Shown here: in pieces, positions 44,054 to 53,384 of the stretch | Layout: the number at the start of each line of letters is the position of its first letter | Position numbering within the stretch: the stretch's first letter is position 1 | DNA from: an uncultured Gammaproteobacteria bacterium | Lineage (GTDB): Bacteria; Pseudomonadota; Gammaproteobacteria; CAWCPV01 | Length of the DNA stretch: 64,000 nucleotides | NCBI GenBank assembly: GCA_963797555.1 | Contig: CAWCPV010000015.1 | Span: 1 to 64,000, forward strand | Direction: 5' to 3' | Notes under the pieces: model-generated | What the model was told of the DNA's origin: nothing | Databases searched by the model: none | What the model saw: only the letters and a program-made list of their open reading frames with translations | Program-made: the position numbers and the translations under genes

Positions 44054-45700
44054 ATGTCCATGCGCCATCCCACTATCGGACGTTATCTCCTGCAGAGCCT
44101 GCACCGGGCCGGCATCGGGCATGTGTTCGGAGTGCCCGGTGACTATGTGTTGCGCTTCTACGATGAGCTGACGCGCGGGCCGCTGGTGCACATCGGGACG
44201 ACACGCGAAGACACGGCGGCATTCGCGGCGGATGGCTATGCGCGCTGCCGCGATCTGGGTGCGCTGGCGGTGACCTATGGGGTCGGGGCGCTCAATGTGG
44301 TGAACGCGGTGGCAGGGGCTTTCGCGGAGTCCTCGCCGGTGGTGGTGATCAGCGGTGGCCCGGGCGTGCGTGAGCGGCGCGAGGACCCGCTGATCCACCA
44401 CCGCTTCGGCCCCTTTACTTTTCAGCGCGAGATCTTCGAGCGCATCACCTGCGCCACCGCGGTGCTGGATGATCCGCTCACCGCCTTCCGCGAGATCGAC
44501 CGCACCGTGCAGGCGGCGCGCTCGCACCGCAAGCCCGTCTATATCGAGCTGCCGCGCGACGCCGTGGATACGCCGGGCTTTCCGGTGCCTTCCGAGCCAT
44601 TGAGCGAGCCGGGCAGCGATCCCGCTACGCTGCAGGAGGCGGTCGAAGAAACCGTGGCACAGCTCGCCCGCGCCGCACACCCCGTCGTATTGGCTGGTGT
44701 CGAGGTGCACCGGCGCACACTCCAGGACGAGCTGGCGCGTTTCGTGCTGCGCACGCACTTGCCGGTCGCGGCGACGCTCACCGGCAAGTCGGTGATCGGG
44801 GAGCGGCATCCGGCCTACCTTGGCGTCTACGAGGGAGCGATGGGCGCTGAGGCGGCACGACGCGCCGTAGAGGAGGCGGACCTGCTGCTGATGTTCGGCG
44901 TCACGCTCAACGACGTCGATCTCGGCGTGTACACCGCTCGCCTCGACCCCAACCGCATGGTGCGTGCCAGCCAAAACGAGGTGGTGATCCGTCACCACCG
45001 CTATGCGCAGGTGTCGCTGCGCGATTTTCTGGTGGCACTGGCCGAGACCGCGCCGCAGTTGAGTGTGGTCTGGCCCGAAGCCGGCTGTGGTCCCACCGCG
45101 CCCGGGTTCCCCGAGGCCGGACGGCCCATGTCCACGGCACGCCTGATCGGGCGCTTGAACACCGCCTTGACGCCGGATATGACGGTCGTGGCCGACACCG
45201 GTGATTGCCTGTTCGCGGCCATCGAGATGCGCGTGCACGAGCGCACCGAGTTCCTGGCCTCGGCGTTCTACACCACCATGGGCTTCGCGGTGCCGGCCGC
45301 GCTCGGCGCACAGGTCGCGCGCCCCGAGCGCCGCCCGCTGATCCTGGTCGGCGACGGGGCGTTCCAGATGACCGGCACCGAGCTTGCTACCGCCGCGCGT
45401 CTAAAGCTCGATCCCATCGTGGTGGTGTTCAACAACGGCGGCTACGGCACAGAGCGCTACATCCTCGATGGGCCGTTCAACGACATCAGCGCATGGCGCT
45501 TCGATCGCCTGGGGGAACTGTTCGGCCCGCTGCACGGCTTCGATGCGCCCGATGAGGCGTCGTTCGAACGCGCGTTGCTGGCCGCGCTGGATCTGCGTGC
45601 GGCACCGAGCGTGATCAACGTGCACCTTGCGCCCGACGATGCCTCTCCGGCGATGCGCAGGCTCGCCGAGCATCTGCGCGCCCGCATAGCCGGTCAGTGA
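44054..45700 (+). CDS. ThDP-dependent alpha-keto acid (indolepyruvate/pyruvate) decarboxylase
   Basis: FGVPGDY, ADGYAR, IHH, GDGAFQM...NNGGY. Confidence 0.92.
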   Translation: MSMRHPTIGRYLLQSLHRAGIGHVFGVPGDYVLRFYDELTRGPLVHIGTTREDTAAFAADGYARCRDLGALAVTYGVGALNVVNAVAGAFAESSPVVVISGGPGVRERREDPLIHHRFGPFTFQREIFERITCATAVLDDPLTAFREIDRTVQAARSHRKPVYIELPRDAVDTPGFPVPSEPLSEPGSDPATLQEAVEETVAQLARAAHPVVLAGVEVHRRTLQDELARFVLRTHLPVAATLTGKSVIGERHPAYLGVYEGAMGAEAARRAVEEADLLLMFGVTLNDVDLGVYTARLDPNRMVRASQNEVVIRHHRYAQVSLRDFLVALAETAPQLSVVWPEAGCGPTAPGFPEAGRPMSTARLIGRLNTALTPDMTVVADTGDCLFAAIEMRVHERTEFLASAFYTTMGFAVPAALGAQVARPERRPLILVGDGAFQMTGTELATAARLKLDPIVVVFNNGGYGTERYILDGPFNDISAWRFDRLGELFGPLHGFDAPDEASFERALLAALDLRAAPSVINVHLAPDDASPAMRRLAEHLRARIAGQ

Positions 45701-45914
45701 GGAGTCGGGCGCGACGGCGCCGGGCGCGCCCTCGGACAGCGGCCCGAATCGGCCGCTGCCCCAACCCCAGAGCTTGCGAACAAATCGTCGCCAACGGTCC
45801 GATAACAAGGCGCGCGTCGCGTAGCAGACGACGAGACCTAAGTGGAGAGGCGAGGAACGCGCACCGCGCACTGCCGCAACGACTGGAGGCGCTCGCAGCC
45901 GTATGCCGCCGCCT

Positions 45915-46967
45915 TCAAACCAGACCACGCTCGGACAGCTCGTGTTTGAGATAGGCGTAATAAATTGGGGCGGCGACGAGACCGCCGATGCCGAAGGCCG
46001 CCTCCATCACCATCATCGCAACCAGCAGTTCCCAGGCACGCGAGTGGATGCGCGCACCCACGATGCGCGCGTTGAGGAAGTATTCCAGCTTGTGGATGAC
46101 GACCAGGAATGCCAACGATGCGCCTGCGACGTAGAGGGAGCTGCCCAGGCTCACGAGCACGATCAGCGTGTTCGAGATGATGTTCCCGACGATGGGTAAG
46201 AGGCCCACGACGAAGGTCAGGACCATCAGGGTCTTGGCCAGCGGCAGGTAGACGCCGAAAGCTGGCAGCACGACCGTGAGATAAATTGCGGTCAGCGTCG
46301 TGTTGATGGCGGCGATGGATACCTGGGCGAATACCACCCGACGGAAGGACGTCGCCAGATGACTGGCGCGCAGGGCCAGAGCCCGCGCCAGCGGCCCGGG
46401 GGCCTCGAGCGGTTTCGCTTCACGAAGAGCGACGAGCGCCCCGACAACCATGCCGATCAGGATGTGCGCCAGAGCTCGCCCGACTTCTTTGCCCGCGCCC
46501 TGAACCTCGCCCGCGTGCTCGCGCAGCCACCCCACCACCGTCTCGCGTACCTCGTCGGTCGTGGTCGGCAGTTTTGCCGCGAGCGCCTGCGGTAGTGTCG
46601 AGCGGGCTCCTTCGATGATCTGCGCCATCTTTTTAAGCAGTGCCGGGAGACTCCCGACCTCGCTGCGGAAGAACGCTGCCACGCCGGCTACCGCGAGGGT
46701 GACCGCAACGACGACGAAAGCCGCCAAGATGGCCACCGCGACCCTCCTTGCCGCTTCGCTCGACAGTCGGCGGTGCAGGCGCGGCGCGACCAAGTGGACG
46801 AGCTCATATACCAGGAGTCCGGCAAACAACGCGGGCACCAGATGCAGGGGAGGGACGAGCAACAGCGCCGTCCCCGCCGCGATCCAGGCGGCAATCTCGT
46901 ACCCGGTCGGTCTTGCCGGTGCTACGTCGGCAGCAGTCTTCAGAGCGAATGGATGGTCGGATGGCAT
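45915..46967 (-). CDS. AI-2E family transporter
   Basis: Multi-TM; GLLPIVGN, HKLEYFLNARIVG. Confidence 0.88.
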   Translation of the reverse strand: MPSDHPFALKTAADVAPARPTGYEIAAWIAAGTALLLVPPLHLVPALFAGLLVYELVHLVAPRLHRRLSSEAARRVAVAILAAFVVVAVTLAVAGVAAFFRSEVGSLPALLKKMAQIIEGARSTLPQALAAKLPTTTDEVRETVVGWLREHAGEVQGAGKEVGRALAHILIGMVVGALVALREAKPLEAPGPLARALALRASHLATSFRRVVFAQVSIAAINTTLTAIYLTVVLPAFGVYLPLAKTLMVLTFVVGLLPIVGNIISNTLIVLVSLGSSLYVAGASLAFLVVIHKLEYFLNARIVGARIHSRAWELLVAMMVMEAAFGIGGLVAAPIYYAYLKHELSERGLV

Positions 46968-47505
46968 GGTATGTCGCGCGTGTCATGGGCCGCGGGGTCG
47001 TTGCATGCTTGGCCCGAGAGGCTGCCGGTGGGCCTGGAATGCACGAACCCGTGAGCAATGATAACAGCGGGCGGCTGCGAAGCTGATCCAGACCCTCCCC
47101 GTTCATCGCAGCGCACGCGAGGATCTGTGCCGCCGCGGCGGTACGCTGGATCGAAAACCTGGATGAAACGGACCGAGTCGCCAAGCTAGCCCTGTAAAGC
47201 CGGACCGTGGATGGACTGGGAGCTACCGGTATCGGAGAAACCTGCTGCAGCGAGGAGAGCGGAGGGACTGCACCGGCAAAAAAGGCTCACCCCCTGGCCC
47301 TTTCCGGGAACGTCGGCCGTGGTGAAAGAGAAATCGGCGCCGGCCGACCGCATGCGACGCCACAAGCCGTGAGCAGGCGGCGTGTGCAGCCATGACAGGT
47401 AGGGAAAAGAGAGCAGGCCCTTTCCTCGGCGTTCGATACACGACTCGCTGCCCGCATGTTGATGCTTCAATCATCGTGATGACAGAACATCACCAGGAGT
47501 ATCCT

Positions 47506-47736
47506 ATGCGCAACACGCTCGACCTGGACGAAGACGCTACCGCGGTAATCATGGAGCTGGCACACACTCACAACTTTTCCATCGGAAAGGAAGTCTCCCG
47601 GCTGGTTCGCGAGGCGCTCCAGGCGCGCCCAGGGGGTCATGGGGAGAGCGTGGCTGGCTTCGAGCCCTTTCCGGCAGAGGGTAGGCTGGTCACGAACGAG
47701 ATCATAGACCGTCTGCGCGACCTGGAAGGCGTTTGA
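47506..47736 (+). CDS. RHH/CopG-type antitoxin (VapB-like)
   Basis: MRNTLDLDED...SIGKEVSRLVREAL...VTNEIIDRLRD; TGATG overlap with a PIN gene. Confidence 0.8.
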   Translation: MRNTLDLDEDATAVIMELAHTHNFSIGKEVSRLVREALQARPGGHGESVAGFEPFPAEGRLVTNEIIDRLRDLEGV

Positions 47737-47875
47737 TGCGGGCTCCGCTCGATATCAACGCGTTGATCGCGGTTCTGGATGCCGCCCACGTGCATCGCCT
47801 CCCTGCGCGGGTGTGACCGGCGGGCGGCGATCGCTCACGGCTGGGCCTCCTGCCCGATCACCCAGAACGGCCCCG
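47736..47875 (+). pseudogene. Truncated, frameshifted PIN (VapC) toxin
   Basis: [13 protein letters not shown] then [11 protein letters not shown] in another frame; the rest is missing. Confidence 0.75.
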
Positions 47876-47895
47876 AAAATTCTGGAGATCTAGTG

Positions 47896-48204
47896 ATGTC
47901 TGCCCGCATCGCCGTGCCCCGCGACCATATTGCAGATTTCTGTCGGCGCAACCACATCCGTCGGCTCGCACTGTTCGGCTCGGTGCTCCGCGAGGACTTC
48001 GGTCCAAGAAGCGACGTGGATATCCTGGTAGAGTTCGAGGAGGGCTACACCCCAGGGTTTCTCGGGCTCGCGAGGATGGAGCGGGAGCTTTCCGAGGTGT
48101 TCGGCGGCCGCAAGGTGGACCTGCGCACGCGCGCGGACCTCAGCCGCTATTTCCGCGACGAGGTGGTCGCTGCGGCGGAGCTGGAGTATGAGACACCAGG
48201 ATGA
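47896..48204 (+). CDS. MNT nucleotidyltransferase antitoxin (MntA-like)
   Basis: GS-x10-DVD ([16 protein letters not shown]). Confidence 0.9.
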   Translation: MSARIAVPRDHIADFCRRNHIRRLALFGSVLREDFGPRSDVDILVEFEEGYTPGFLGLARMERELSEVFGGRKVDLRTRADLSRYFRDEVVAAAELEYETPG

Positions 48205-48535
48205 AATCCGCCTGCGGCACATGCTGGACGCGGTTCGAGAGGCGATGTCGTTCGCCCGTCATCGAACGAGACAGGACCTCGATGCGGACCGCATGCTCGT
48301 CCTCGCCCTGGTGAAGGACATCGAGATCATCGGGGAAGCGGCGAACAGCATCAGCCAGGAAACCCGCGCCAGGCTGCGCCACATCCCATGGCGCGACATC
48401 GTGGGCATGCGGAACCGGCTGATCCACGCGTACTTCGATGTCGACTTGGACGTGGTGTGGCAGACGGTGACCAGTGACCTGCCTGCATTGGAGCCGCTGC
48501 TCGTCGACGCACTGGGGACTCCGCCCAACTCGTGA
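48188..48535 (+). CDS. HEPN (DUF86/HepT-like) RNase toxin
   Basis: [18 protein letters not shown] (Rx4HxY). Confidence 0.9.
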   Translation: MRHQDEIRLRHMLDAVREAMSFARHRTRQDLDADRMLVLALVKDIEIIGEAANSISQETRARLRHIPWRDIVGMRNRLIHAYFDVDLDVVWQTVTSDLPALEPLLVDALGTPPNS

Positions 48536-48539
48536 ACCG

Positions 48540-48760
48540 GGCGTCGTCGACCGGCTCACCTTCGACTCCCCTTACCCGGAGCCGCGCCAGCACTGGGCAG
48601 TACGACCGCGACAGCCGATCCTTCCGCCTGAAGGAAGGGCGGCGCCCCGCGGGTTACGCGTGGCCGCCCCCCGCTCCCGTTCCTTGGACCACCCGGGCGT
48701 CTTCGTCCCCACCCCGCTGGTCAACCGCATGCGGGACCGCGTGCGGGCGTGGCGGCAGGG
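48540..48760 (+). pseudogene. N-terminal remnant of a type III restriction Res subunit
   Basis: DRL..DSPYPEPRQHW / YDR..F.L.EGRRPAGY / DHPGVFV..PLVNRMRDRVRAWR across shifting frames. Confidence 0.65.
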
Positions 48761-49196
48761 TCAGCCTCAAGCCCGCCAGAGGGCATGCCGTGCGAGCAAC
48801 CAGTGTGGGCTCCGCACGTGGAACCGCGGCAGAAGGATGTGCGCCGACAGCCGGTCCAAGACTCGAGGCGCAGCTCCGTTTGCCCGTCGGACAGGGCTTT
48901 GGGCAAGCGGTGGACCAGGGCCGCTCCGTCGGCCGCTCGCTTGGTCTTCACGGTCATTGGCGTCAGACGCGCCCGAAGCTACCTCCCATCACCCCGTCGA
49001 GTCGCATGCGCTTTCGTAGTTCTGGGACTCTCGGGCCCGCGCCGTTTCCCAATGGGAGTCCCATCTATGGACAGTGCTCCGTTGCTTGAATCGGCAGGGA
49101 CGGTACGCCGCAACTGCGGCATGATGAGCGGATCTCGTCAAGTTCGGGGGCTTAAGGATCTGACCCGCAGCCCGGATGCTTGCTCCGGGTCTCCAC

Positions 49197-49292
49197 CGTC
49201 ATTCCGGCTGGGAAGCCGGAATCCAGCGGCCACGGACGGCATGGCTCGGCCTCCGTGCGCCTGGATTCCGTACAGTCCCTGTACGGAATGAC
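49197..49292. repeat. CGTC-type REP doublet (palindromic element)
   Basis: CGTCATTCCGGC-tgggaa-GCCGGAATCCAG ... CTGGATTCCGTACAG-tcc-CTGTACGGAATGACG. Confidence 0.65.
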
Positions 49293-49382
49293 GAGCTGCG
49301 CGTAAGGACGTGGGTTTGACCGGGCGTACGCGACGTGCTGCAATGGAACGCGTGATAAGCGGTTCATCAGGAAGGTCCCGGC

Positions 49383-49889
49383 ATGAGTGCAGCGCAACGT
49401 TTCGTTCCCGATCCGAGAGTCGAGGCCGCCATCGAATTCGGCCTCGGCCTTGAGATCGATGCCCCGTGGGAGACCAATGGACAAGGACAGATCATCCTGA
49501 ATCCGCCCATCGGTCTCGCCCACGCCAAGCGTGCCGACCGCATTGCCGTGGCCATCCGGTCGCTCCTGCCCGACTGGCACGTGTGGTCAGGAGTCGGGAT
49601 CCATACCGCCGACGGGGTGAAAGCGCCCGATCTGGCCGTCGCTCCCCCGGATTTTGACGAAGCCACGGACTCGCGGGGCTTCCTCGTCCGCGCACCGGAC
49701 ATCTGCGTGGAGATCATGTCGCCCTCCAATACCTGGGAAGAGATGCGTCACAAGACACTGCTCTATCTGGCCGCCGGGGCGAAGGAGGTGTGGGTGTGCG
49801 ACGAAAGCGGGGCGCTGCATTTCTTCGACGGCGCCGGAGAGCGAAGCGCATCGGCCTTGGCCACCGGGATGGCCAGCAGTATCGGCTGA
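49383..49889 (+). CDS. Uma2 family endonuclease
   Basis: GVKAPDLA, APDICVEIMSPSN, YLAAGAKEVW. Confidence 0.9.
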   Translation: MSAAQRFVPDPRVEAAIEFGLGLEIDAPWETNGQGQIILNPPIGLAHAKRADRIAVAIRSLLPDWHVWSGVGIHTADGVKAPDLAVAPPDFDEATDSRGFLVRAPDICVEIMSPSNTWEEMRHKTLLYLAAGAKEVWVCDESGALHFFDGAGERSASALATGMASSIG

Positions 49890-50119
49890 GACTGACGCAG
49901 TGACTCTCCGCATGGGGTGTGCCCGCACCGCAGACACAGCGTCGGTCGACGCGGAGAATTCGCGCGTGGGCCGTTATGTTGGCAGAAGTTGTCGACTTCC
50001 TTGCGCTCCTTGCACGGCATTTCACCAGTGTCGAAAGAATTGTGCGTGCAGCGCGAAGAGCGGAGCGAGAATTCCGCTGACCCAAGGGTGACCCCGTGGT
50101 CGTGGGCATTTCTTCGTTG

Positions 50120-52214
50120 CTAGCCGGAAATAAATATTTCTTTCGCGTGGAACTGACTTACTCCAATGTCATCTGTGCCGGACCACTTTCCAACAATATC
50201 TATGTGTTTTTCTAGGAACTTCAGCTTCTTCCCAGGCCATGGACAGAGTAGATCCTCTGGGTTCTTGGGCGATCCACCCACATAGACCGATATCTGGCCA
50301 TGAGTAAAGATAATCCCAATTGTCTTTCCATTGTATTTGGCATCAAAGCCACCCATTCGGTTCCCGCAGCCATTATTACCTATCGGTGTAACCGTGATCG
50401 TCTCAGATTTAGATGGGGTATTGATAGCATGGACAGCCGCTGTGGGCTCGATCACTATAGCAAGCGGACAGGGATTTACGTCACAGGCATGCCCCGTCAA
50501 GCACTTGTCCCAATCCTTGGATCGAAAATACAAGATGACATGCGCAGATTCTTGTCGCATCGCCCGCCTTCCGGTCTCCCAGTCGACATCGCCACGGCCG
50601 ATGCGAAAGTAAAGTTCGTCGTAACTACTGCACATGAAGCCATATTGTGCGTTATTGTCGTCGGCCTTAATGGAGAATGACCAGAAGCCGCCAGACCCGG
50701 ATGGTTCTTCGACCGTCGTCATTCTCCCAGACAACGTCATGGTTCCGTGGGCTAGAATCTTGTCGACCTGGCCAGCTTCTTGGTTCAGCCGAACGCGTTC
50801 GGCGATGAGTTGCCGTTTCTCGGCCTCGTTCGCAGCATCATTCTTCTGCACAACCCCAGGTACGCCCTTCTCCGGTGCCCATGTGGTGGCGTCACGCGGC
50901 TTATTGCCAATCGTGTAGATGACTCCGATAACCAATGCCACCAGGACCAGGGCCACGAGGCGCGGCCAAGGGCGTTTGGGCTGAGGAGGCGTGGGCGTGG
51001 GGGGAGGTTTAACAGTCTGCCTTGGTACTGGGCCGGGCGCCGGGCGCGTCGGCTGAGGCTGGGGTTGCGGGGGTGGTTGGGGCTTCGGTTGCGCGGCGGG
51101 TGTGGGCTGCGCAGCCAAGGTAGATACGGTGGTGGGCGGTCGGAATCGGGTTCGCACCACGAGGGGCTCGAGGACCTGGATCCACTGCCTGTAGCTCGCC
51201 CGGGCGTTACGGCTTATGGCATCCGCACCCTTCCAGAAGGTCGCTTCAAAGGGGCGCTTTAGGGAGTCCTGGGTAGCCGCGTAGGTCTGGCGGTAGTGGG
51301 CGTAGAACTCGCTGTTGTCCGCTTCGAAGTTGTCGTAGGACGGATCGACCTCCGGCCAGCGATAGCGGGAAACATAAGCTTCGAGTCCCCTCGGACCCAG
51401 GACATGGAGGTAGAAGTAGGGGAAGCAAGCAAACAGAAAGTAGTGCACCCCGACCGCCACGGACCAGGTGTCCGTGAGCAGGTCCACGGTCACAGTGCTC
51501 TGCCCGTCGGATGCCTGACTCCGTTGCGCGTTGATCTCTGGCGCCACCCACTCGTCGCCCTTGCCGAAGGTGGTGGGCGCATCCTCCGGGCGATCGACCA
51601 CCACCCCGCTGTCATAGTCGATCAGGACCAAGTGCCCATCGGTTCAAATTGACGAACAAATTCGGTGGGTTGACGTCGGCGTGGATGTAGTACAGCTCGC
51701 GGAGGATGGCGAAGCACTCCGCCAGCTCCAGCGCCAACTGGCGCTTGAGGTTGCTGTCAAGATGCAGGAACTCCCGGAAGCGGTGGTCCAGGCGGTGGTC
51801 CAGGATGTCCTCGAAGCTGGTGAAGTAGCTCGGGTCGAGCCAATGGGCGGCGTACCCCAGCACCGACTGATGACCCAGTTGTCCTTCGAAGCTGAACTGA
51901 GGCAAGGCGTACAGACCCGGAACCGCAGCGAGTGACTTGCCCTCGCGGGCCAGCTCCTCCTGCTTGCTGCGGACCCGTGCCTGGAGTTTGCGAATCGTCT
52001 CGTAGCTGCGCCGGTCGTTGCCTCCCGGGTCGGGCTTGAAGAGCTTGATCACCAGAGCCACCGGCGGGGATGCATTGTTCACCGCCAGGCATCGGTAAAT
52101 CTGTCCGAAACCCCCTTCGCTGAAGGGCCGCGCGTCAATCTCGACGGATTGCAACTGCTCCCAGCCAGCCGTGAGACCGCTACTCTGCGATTGCGTGATT
52201 CGAATGGCAGGCAT
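50120..52214 (-). CDS. Ser/Thr kinase-TM-extracytoplasmic domain protein (copy B), frameshift near 51640
   Basis: EGGFG, VIKLF, HADVNPPN / IDYD, APE, DTWS; Pro-rich linker; TM; Cys-containing beta-rich C-terminus. Confidence 0.8.
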
Positions 52215-52221
52215 TACATGG
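51089..52221. repeat. Near-identical ~1.13 kb direct repeat, copy B (kinase domain)
   Basis: Matches 54875-56007 at offset 3786; the one difference noticed is GLEAY versus ELEAY. Confidence 0.95.
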
Positions 52222-52395
52222 AAGGCCGGGGGCCGCCCCTAAGTCCTCTCCTCGTCGGCGCGCGGGCCTATCGGGGCTCCGGGTGTGCAAGGAGCGGAGT
52301 ACGGCTTGGTGATCGCGACAGGTGCCTTTCGTGCCGCACTCTGGGAATGGGGAGTCAGGGTGCTTCAGTTCCGGAGATTGGCAACTGACCGACAG

Positions 52396-52596
52396 TTACG
52401 GGATTCCACGGAGAAGACGAAATACAAACCGAGCCAGCCGAAAGGGCGCCAGAAATAACGCCCTTACTACATACGCCGCCAATGTGCCAACCATTTCTGC
52501 CCACCCCTCTTTTCCTAGGCTGAATCTTCCCAACGCCACCAGCATGACAATCAATATGCCAGCGGCCACGAGTAACGGAAGTGCAGTTTCCTTCAT
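52396..52596 (-). CDS. Small membrane hypothetical protein
   Basis: MKETALPLLVAAGILIVMLVALG...; hydrophobic; start uncertain. Confidence 0.45.
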   Translation of the reverse strand: MKETALPLLVAAGILIVMLVALGRFSLGKEGWAEMVGTLAAYVVRALFLAPFRLARFVFRLLRGIP

Positions 52597-52776
52597 CCCT
52601 TCGTCGTCTCCTAACATCCCGTTCATCCGACGCCAGCGGCAACGCAGCGCACGCATCTCCTCGGTTAGCTTCGTCCGGCAATCGCAATACTGTTTCCCGA
52701 AGTGGGAGAGGCCGTGGCCGTTCGCCGGTAACTGCTGCTGTGCGCGCCGCGGGCGGCCGGGTCTGCCAATCCGTCT

Positions 52777-52914
52777 TCACCGTTTTTTCTCGTACATGTA
52801 ACCCGTGCCATTACAATTAGGGCAAGTCTTTTCTTTTCCTGGCCCCAATAAACCATGGTCACGGACGGTCCCTTTGCCGCCACATCTTGGACACTCGACC
52901 TTCTTTCCAGACAT
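52777..52914 (-). CDS. 45-aa DnaJ-type zinc-finger protein (not in the ORF track)
   Basis: MSGKKVECPRCGGKGTVRDHGLLGPGKEKTCPNCNGTGYMYEKKR; GAGGGA RBS. Confidence 0.75.
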   Translation of the reverse strand: MSGKKVECPRCGGKGTVRDHGLLGPGKEKTCPNCNGTGYMYEKKR

Positions 52915-53384
52915 TGGAGGTTCCCTCGCGTGATGAGCGTGTCAAATCCCAATCGCTATGCCCCACTATATCGCTATGCCCCACCATAAAGAGACGACGC
53001 CTAAAGCTCCAGCAACCGCCGGCCACCCTCCTTCAGCCACCAGCCCAGACGCTCGCCCATCCTGCGCCAGGGTTCCGCAGCCTGTGCGGGGGGCCACGTA
53101 GCTGCGCTGAGGAGGCCTCGATGCTCCGCCGCGCCACGGTGCGAAGTCGATTTGGGCGGGGTCGGCCAGACGAGAAGTTTTATGAGTGAAGCGCCATCTG
53201 AGCTGGAGGTCTGCCGAGACGACCTCCGCAATGTCTCCTCTGCGGCGGGACCCCCTCCGGCCCCGAAAGCCACCGCGGCGATGGGGAGATGGGCCTCCAC
53301 TCCCGTGAGCAACGCACTGGCTCCCAACGAGACCGACGACAGGGGAGGGCGACGCGCCAACGCCAGTCGCATTTGTTCACCTTC

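Noticed and set aside
52953-52988. TCGCTATGCCCCAC direct doublet
   Set aside because: Only two short copies; possibly an insertion scar, but no function can be supported.
53001-53372. 123-aa minus-strand ORF between the kinases
   Set aside because: No recognisable motif or clear RBS; cannot be supported as a gene.
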